A stretch of 64,000 bases of DNA from Gamaleyavirus AN24P2, in the sequence record OZ035810.1; one strand, written 5' to 3'. The position numbers were made by a program, and so were the translations under genes. The notes beneath the pieces are model-generated. The model ran no database searches, was not told where the DNA came from, and saw only the letters and a list, made by a program, of their open reading frames with translations. This document shows, in pieces, positions 58,544-64,000 of the stretch. Numbering within the stretch: the stretch's first letter is position 1; each line of letters begins with the position of its first letter.

Positions 58544-58848
58544 TGGCTTAAAGCCTCCATTAATATTTTACGAATAACGTTAACATCAGATTCAGTACCA
58601 ATTAAACCAACAGGTTTACCTGTACTATCCGTTACAAATCCAGCAATTCTTTCCATTTCTGCTGTAATTAATTTGTCACCATTGATAAGACGATTACGAA
58701 GGTAAGCCTCATAAGCTACCTCTATATCTTCTACCGTGGTTCTTTCATTACGAGCAAATGGATTACTTAATGGGAAGGGTAAATGTACCCGTATATTCCT
58801 GTCAGCTACCTTAGCTTGGTGAGGAAGTATACATACTATTTCATTCAA
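58540..58848 (-). CDS. hypothetical early protein
   Basis: 102 aa ORF. Confidence 0.4.
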   Translation of the reverse strand: MNEIVCILPHQAKVADRNIRVHLPFPLSNPFARNERTTVEDIEVAYEAYLRNRLINGDKLITAEMERIAGFVTDSTGKPVGLIGTESDVNVIRKILMEALSQ

Positions 58849-58892
58849 GATTACTTCTCCTATTTAAATGCATATCTAACTACTCAAAAATA

Positions 58893-58924
58893 AAAAATAG
58901 GAGCCTCCTAATGGAGGACTCCTT
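58893..58924 (-). terminator. rho-independent terminator
   Basis: Bulged hairpin gagcctcc-taat-ggagg(a)ctc with long A-rich run on +. Confidence 0.5.
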
Positions 58925-58925
58925 A

Positions 58926-59144
58926 CTATTTGATACATGGATGATTGAAAGTTACGATACGAGCTTTACTTTGTTTAAGCCCTGCATCAATGAACTCTTG
59001 CAGTTGTTCATTAGTCATTACTGGTTTAAGGCGAGCACTTTGTTTAGCACGACGCTTAATAACATCTTCTTTGGTTCCCATGATTAGTGACTTACGCATG
59101 TTTAGTACTCCACATAAAGTTAAAAGGTTTATTGTTACGTACAA
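58926..59144 (-). CDS. hypothetical early protein
   Basis: 72 aa ORF. Confidence 0.4.
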   Translation of the reverse strand: MYVTINLLTLCGVLNMRKSLIMGTKEDVIKRRAKQSARLKPVMTNEQLQEFIDAGLKQSKARIVTFNHPCIK

Positions 59145-59466
59145 TTCTTACAACCATTTGATAGCCATTGAGTTGCACAACACCATAGTGTCGTTTCTGT
59201 ACACCAGTGTGATATCTACGAAAGATACACTCTTCAATGGCATCCTCAATGTTAGTGAATATCACTGGTTCCTCCGTAATATTGGCAGTTAAGCACAGGT
59301 GAATAACGTTTACACATCTCCACCTGGTTCATCTCTACCACGAGCATCACTCGCTACGGACGTGAACATACCAATAACTATGCCTACAGCTAATAACCAC
59401 GGGAATGCAGCTACCAGCAGTATCATTAATAAAGTACACAGAATCTCTGCTAGTAGCTTCATAGCA

Positions 59467-59871
59467 TTATCCTTCCAGTTGTTTAGGCAACATTGCCATT
59501 AGTTGTTTAGCCATAGATTCACATTCATCGGTGCAATATTGTTCATCTCGCCATACTCCCTCTGAGTACATATGCAATCCTTCCAGCGGAGTACCTTTAT
59601 ACTTCTCTGGGCATTTCATTAAGTCACCATAGTGAGCACAATCAAAACCGATAACGATTTTATCTTCTAATTGAGGAAGTGCATCCTGATAGGTAACACC
59701 ACCATGAACTGAGATACATACTTCTGAGCCAAAATTTATGAAGTCTTTTTCTACTAAGTCAGCAGGCAATGCTACGTAACCACAATGGTGAGAACCATCA
59801 TTCACTAACAGGATTACAGCAGGTAAACCAGCTTCAGTAGTCCAGCTTTTTACAATTTTATGAGTAGTCAT
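59467..59871 (-). CDS. hypothetical protein with conserved His/Cys motifs
   Basis: 134 aa; HHCGY, SVHGG, GFDCAHYGD and CTDEC motifs. Confidence 0.45.
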   Translation of the reverse strand: MTTHKIVKSWTTEAGLPAVILLVNDGSHHCGYVALPADLVEKDFINFGSEVCISVHGGVTYQDALPQLEDKIVIGFDCAHYGDLMKCPEKYKGTPLEGLHMYSEGVWRDEQYCTDECESMAKQLMAMLPKQLEG

Positions 59872-59872
59872 C

Positions 59873-60064
59873 TTATTTGGTTCCTTTGTGAAGTTTACGG
59901 ATTTGTTTACGAGTAGGTTTAGCTACAAAGAAGTGGTCATAATGCTGACCATTCTTATCTTCTACAGATACCTGCCAACGGGCATTCAGTGACATCTTAC
60001 TGCCCCAAGGTTGCAACATATTGATCATCTTCTGAGAGTTATAACGGTTACATACTGTACGCAT
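59873..60064 (-). CDS. hypothetical small protein
   Basis: 63 aa ORF. Confidence 0.35.
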   Translation of the reverse strand: MRTVCNRYNSQKMINMLQPWGSKMSLNARWQVSVEDKNGQHYDHFFVAKPTRKQIRKLHKGTK

Positions 60065-60157
60065 ATTGGTTACTCCTTCATCTAATATAAATCTATATCT
60101 ACCTGGTTACAGTTTCAGTACCCTTCGTCTAAAGATACTCAAAAAGTAGAAATAGCT

Positions 60158-60188
60158 TATCGTCTAGTTAAAAATAAAAGACTCCCCG
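60158..60188 (-). terminator. rho-independent terminator
   Basis: gactccc-cgaa-gggagtc hairpin with A-rich run on +. Confidence 0.6.
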
Positions 60189-60207
60189 AAGGGAGTCCAG
60201 TTGTTGA

Positions 60208-60588
60208 TTAGAAAGTCAGTTTACGAGCATATTTATTCTCGTCTGCTGGGATGTCAGCAACCTCTGCTTTCACACGACGAAGTTGAACTTGCAGGTTAAT
60301 GATACCTTCTTCACCTGGTTCCAGGTTCTGAGCATACTCAATTAACTGTTCCAGCAAGTCATTCTGTGCACAACGCATAGCACGGAAGTCAGCATTGCTG
60401 CTATTAGTAGGCAGTGGCTCCTGAGTATCCAGTGGAATACCAGTAGGCAGAGAGATGAACTTCTCTTCTTCAGAGCCTTCATTAGCTACATAACCAATGT
60501 TCAACCAGAACTGAGCTTTTGGTTTATCAGTTTTAGCAGTGGTAGCAGCAGCGTTAGATTGACCGAAAGTGAATTTTTGAATAGACAT
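60208..60588 (-). CDS. hypothetical early protein
   Basis: ORF 60208..60687; hydrophobic extension dropped in favour of internal ATG ([10 protein letters not shown]...). Confidence 0.4.
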   Translation of the reverse strand: MSIQKFTFGQSNAAATTAKTDKPKAQFWLNIGYVANEGSEEEKFISLPTGIPLDTQEPLPTNSSNADFRAMRCAQNDLLEQLIEYAQNLEPGEEGIINLQVQLRRVKAEVADIPADENKYARKLTF

Positions 60589-60722
60589 TTTGTACTCTCC
60601 AGATAAATGATTATTTGATTGATGGGTTTGTCTGTCGGTGACTAAACCCAAGAAAAGACTTAAGATTTCAATGATTAGTGGATGCATTTACATCATCCAT
60701 AAGACGCGGAGCGTCCTGGTTT

Positions 60723-61082
60723 TTAAGACAAACGTTTAAGCAATTCTGCCTTGGCAGATTTATACTCTGAGTAAACTTCATCGAATGATTTGTCTGAGAC
60801 ACCATAGTTAAGTATGTCTGATTGGTAATTGCTTACAGCATCTACAGCAGCTTCAAAGCGTCCAAGCAGTTCTTCTTTATCTGGTTCTCCCTCACAGGAT
60901 TCCCATTCCCATACATAATCAGTTAGTGGAACCATTTCTCCTTCCACAAAGTAAGGATTGTTGTCAGCATTTCTGACAGTAGAGTCTTCGGTAAGACGTA
61001 TACGTTCTCCTTCCAATTCTCCTACGATAATTGTTCCAACAGGAACATCAGCAGAACCTTTGATACAACGGAATTTAGTCAT
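60723..61082 (-). CDS. acidic early protein
   Basis: 119 aa, Asp/Glu-rich. Confidence 0.45.
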   Translation of the reverse strand: MTKFRCIKGSADVPVGTIIVGELEGERIRLTEDSTVRNADNNPYFVEGEMVPLTDYVWEWESCEGEPDKEELLGRFEAAVDAVSNYQSDILNYGVSDKSFDEVYSEYKSAKAELLKRLS

Positions 61083-61142
61083 GATTTTCTATCCTTAAAG
61101 TAGATATTTATCTACTTTTGTCTATCTATCTAATGTTTATAA

Positions 61143-61168
61143 AAGGAGACTCCGAAGAGCCTCCTAGG
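61143..61168 (-). terminator. rho-independent terminator
   Basis: ggagactc-cgaa-gagcctcc hairpin (one G-T pair), TTTTAT on - strand. Confidence 0.45.
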
Positions 61169-61172
61169 TGAC

Positions 61173-61496
61173 TTAGTCTTTAGTCAGGATGTCAATTACT
61201 TTTGAATATTCTGCGTTATAGATACGAGCGTTCTCAGAATCCTTACAGAATTCCTCAATACTTTTCTTACGCAGAGTCTCAGTCATAGCTGTTTCTTCAG
61301 CTAATTTGTTTACGAATGTATGCATTTCTAATTTAGTACGAATGGCTTGTTTCTCTGCCATAGTACTTACATATGAGTTAAGCATACCAACTGCTTTAGT
61401 AGCAGTACCAAATGTATCTGCAACAGTAGTAGCAGCAGAGTTAACAGTACCAAGTAAAGTTCCTGCGGTCATACGTACAGTAGCTTGAGTAGTCAT
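61173..61496 (-). CDS. hypothetical early protein
   Basis: 107 aa ORF downstream of a structured 200-bp intergenic region. Confidence 0.45.
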   Translation of the reverse strand: MTTQATVRMTAGTLLGTVNSAATTVADTFGTATKAVGMLNSYVSTMAEKQAIRTKLEMHTFVNKLAEETAMTETLRKKSIEEFCKDSENARIYNAEYSKVIDILTKD

Positions 61497-61697
61497 GATG
61501 ATAGCTCCAATAGTTGATGATAGGACGACATGTCCATAACATGCGGAGCATGTGTAACGTGTAGGGTGGGGTAGGGTAGCGGCTACACCGTCAACATACC
61601 GGGGGGGCTAGTTGAGTGTAATGGTGTAGCCTCAGCCACACCACTGTAGCTGTACATAGCTATGACCAAAATGGTATGCAAAAATATGATAGCTATC

Positions 61698-62024
61698 CTA
61701 CTTATAAGCAGTTAAATAGGAGGAGGGAATCTGAGAGAGGATGTAGTCATAGTAATAGCAGTATGCTTCACTATTAGTAGAATTTATGGGCATACCTATA
61801 TAATCAAATACCCACAAACAGAAGTGGTTGAGCTCGTGAATAAGTGTATGTAAATGTTCACTAAAGATACCGATTAATACACGACTACCTGAGTAAGCAG
61901 TATACCCTCTACAACCTGCCAAGTCTGGTTCATGCCCTTTAAGTTTCTTGTACTTTTTGATGAAGGCATCCCGATCGAATACTACCTCTAACTGTACTGG
62001 GTAGGGGGATGTGTTTAGTTTCAT
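61698..62024 (-). CDS. small HExxH-motif protein (putative mini metallopeptidase)
   Basis: 108 aa; HTLIHELNHF contains HExxH. Confidence 0.4.
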   Translation of the reverse strand: MKLNTSPYPVQLEVVFDRDAFIKKYKKLKGHEPDLAGCRGYTAYSGSRVLIGIFSEHLHTLIHELNHFCLWVFDYIGMPINSTNSEAYCYYYDYILSQIPSSYLTAYK

Positions 62025-62371
62025 AGAGATACCTTTGGATAAATGGTGCGTACTCTTTTAAAATCTTTATTAGGTCTACCATCTATAGTAAGCCCAACAA
62101 ACCCTTCTTCTATCCTTGGTTCAAAGAACAAGAATGCGGATTCACCAGCAGGTATCCTTACGGATTCCCCTGGATTAAGGATGGTTAACTTAGCTGGACT
62201 ATTAAGAAGAAGGATGGAACCACGGGTACTATCTGCTGTCTCACCAGGTAGCATGAGCATATGACAGTCTTGCGGGAGTAACCACTCAATAGCTTTATTG
62301 ATATTATCGTAGTAAACAGAGACTTCATCGGTATACTGATGTAGGTACAGTACTCTATTCATAAGGCACAC
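62021..62371 (-). CDS. hypothetical early protein
   Basis: 116 aa ORF, 4-nt overlap with neighbour. Confidence 0.4.
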   Translation of the reverse strand: MCLMNRVLYLHQYTDEVSVYYDNINKAIEWLLPQDCHMLMLPGETADSTRGSILLLNSPAKLTILNPGESVRIPAGESAFLFFEPRIEEGFVGLTIDGRPNKDFKRVRTIYPKVSL

Positions 62372-62682
62372 TCGTCGCTAGATAAATATGAGGTAGAAGG
62401 GTAAAGGGTGATAAGCCTACCGGTTAGAGTTGTAACTACCATAGGTTCAGCAGTGGATAGGATGTATACCCTTGCAAACTCAGATACCTCAATTGATGTA
62501 TCTATCTTAGTGAATGTAATGGGTATACCTAACATTAGACATGTACCTATAAACTCATCAGCCTCTTCACTTGGTTCATATAGGATAGTAGCTCCATTCA
62601 GCTTACCATTTAAACAATCTTGTTTAGTTACTTTACTGCGATAGCAGCTTGTACTTAGTGCAACTAATGAGTAGAAGTACAT
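62359..62682 (-). CDS. hypothetical early protein
   Basis: 107 aa ORF. Confidence 0.35.
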   Translation of the reverse strand: MYFYSLVALSTSCYRSKVTKQDCLNGKLNGATILYEPSEEADEFIGTCLMLGIPITFTKIDTSIEVSEFARVYILSTAEPMVVTTLTGRLITLYPSTSYLSSDECAL

Positions 62683-62685
62683 AAC

Positions 62686-63003
62686 TTACTTCCTTACATA
62701 GTAGTAACGATATTCCCCATTCTCATAGCGACTATCCCATTGGTAGTCATCGGATACCATCATGAATGGGATGGGGTCATTAGCGTTATAGTTGGTATAG
62801 ACAGAAGGTGGAATAATACATACAACCTTGCGGTCATTACCTGCTAAGAATAGTTGACCCCTTACTTCATGGTAGTCCTCTAAGGTAGGAACCAGGATTA
62901 CTTGATGAGGATTACTACTCATAACTTCTTCTAAAGAGAAGTCTGTTGTGTACATGGAACCCTCAGTTTCAGCAAAACTGGGGATGGTCATTATGAATTT
63001 CAT
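62686..63003 (-). CDS. hypothetical early protein
   Basis: ORF 62686..63066; ATG at 63003 preceded by AAGGAAGGA. Confidence 0.35.
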   Translation of the reverse strand: MKFIMTIPSFAETEGSMYTTDFSLEEVMSSNPHQVILVPTLEDYHEVRGQLFLAGNDRKVVCIIPPSVYTNYNANDPIPFMMVSDDYQWDSRYENGEYRYYYVRK

Positions 63004-63367
63004 GATTGATTTTCCTTCCTTTAGGAATAGGTCTGAAGTAAATGGAAAGGGTTTTATTAAAGACATTATGGGCAGCTATCAATTCCCAACCGGGTACTTT
63101 ATAGAAACGTATACCAGGGAAGAACTCATTGAATCCGTCATAACGAGTGAGATCATATACCTTTGGTTCAGTAAGTATCTCGGTATTGAGTTGTAGGTTT
63201 GATAAGAACAAAGAGCCAACAATCTCATGGGACTCTTCGCAGTTAGGTAAGAACACAGATTGCCATGGAGCAATGAACTTACTTACTGCTTCTGGTTCCC
63301 CTAGTAGATAAGGTTCCTGCTTACGAAGTACTCCAGTAATATCAATATCAAAAGCGTAGATGCTCAT
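62969..63367 (-). CDS. hypothetical early protein
   Basis: 132 aa; RBS AGGAGG upstream, preceded by a hairpin. Confidence 0.4.
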   Translation of the reverse strand: MSIYAFDIDITGVLRKQEPYLLGEPEAVSKFIAPWQSVFLPNCEESHEIVGSLFLSNLQLNTEILTEPKVYDLTRYDGFNEFFPGIRFYKVPGWELIAAHNVFNKTLSIYFRPIPKGRKINHEIHNDHPQFC

Positions 63368-63567
63368 ATTTGCATACCTCCTGAAAAAGAAATGGGGTAG
63401 AGCCTCTCGACCCTACCCCTTACCGTTTTCTATCACGGGTCAGTTCATCACCCTAGATACATGTGTATCGTTAGCCTACTAGGTAGGAAAGGAGCCGGGT
63501 AACCCTGACTGTAGAAGTTATTAACTCTTTACGAGTACCGCCACTGTCTACTAGGCGGCATGACTAA

Positions 63568-63858
63568 TCACATCGTCACCATCATCCGAACGCCGTCTTT
63601 GTCTCGTCTGACAGAAACACTATGAGGTAATTTTGTGAATAACACAAGAGTAGATGCCTTCTTTTCTAAAGAGTAACTTTCTCTTGGTTCTAAAATCTTA
63701 ATGCCTGGGCGATTCTCTAATAGCATCATCCCAGCTAATTCATGGTAGGTATCTTCATTGTGTGTGATGATAATATCATCAGGAAGAATACCAGCTTTGG
63801 TATGGTCTACCTCTGCGTATTCATCCTTAGAGTCGTGGACTCTCATATAGATTCTCAA
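63568..63858 (-). CDS. hypothetical early protein
   Basis: 96 aa ORF near window end. Confidence 0.4.
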   Translation of the reverse strand: MRIYMRVHDSKDEYAEVDHTKAGILPDDIIITHNEDTYHELAGMMLLENRPGIKILEPRESYSLEKKASTLVLFTKLPHSVSVRRDKDGVRMMVTM

Positions 63859-64000
63859 AGGTTACTCCTTTTGGGAATAGGGTCATCGGAACATTACATA
63901 CTATTTAGTATCATGAACTTTTTCTATATCATGACTAAAGTGTAACTGTATGGTATGGTTTCTACAAGGGGTATCTCACCCCAAGAAAAGAATCTTCTTT

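Noticed and set aside
61540-61560. G-quadruplex call for the GGGTGGGGTAGGG tract
   Set aside because: Only three clear G-tracts of three or more; the fourth is GG, so a stable G4 is not assured. Mentioned within the intergenic-region finding only.
62359-63858. Paralogy among the four terminal small early ORFs
   Set aside because: Similar sizes suggested duplication, but I found no convincing shared motifs by eye.
1-64000. CRISPR arrays, rRNA genes, integrase, transposase or attachment sites
   Set aside because: No regularly spaced direct repeats, no rRNA-like segments, and no recombinase-like ORFs; the gene content indicates a strictly lytic phage.

Overview
This window reads as most of the genome of a lytic N4-like podovirus (Schitoviridae-type architecture), judged from protein motifs and gene order; no database search was run. 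The + strand from 1 to about 24.8 kb carries the late module: a 5'-truncated virion gene, a lysis cassette (holin-like ORFs, GH108 endolysin, Rz with embedded Rz1), portal, major capsid protein, several virion proteins, and a roughly 3450-aa virion RNA polymerase, the hallmark of this group. From about 24.8 kb to the window end all genes are on the - strand, convergent with the vRNAP gene. They include a replication block (family A DNA polymerase, SF1 helicase, putative primase, nuclease, SSB-like, RuvC-like), rIIA/rIIB-like genes, ThyX and dCTP deaminase, a MoxR-type AAA+ ATPase with a VWA/HExxH partner, a split T7-like RNA polymerase (RNAPII) and a dense run of small early ORFs. The most unusual features are an approximately 2 kb protein-free block (25.7-27.7 kb) holding four tRNA-like elements and strong hairpins, a free-standing HNH-AP2 homing endonuclease next to the RNAPII genes, and hairpin-rich intergenic regions in the early region. 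No CRISPR array, rRNA, integrase or transposase was seen. All coordinates of small elements are hand-indexed and may be off by 1-2 nt; tRNA folds were done by hand and need tool confirmation.
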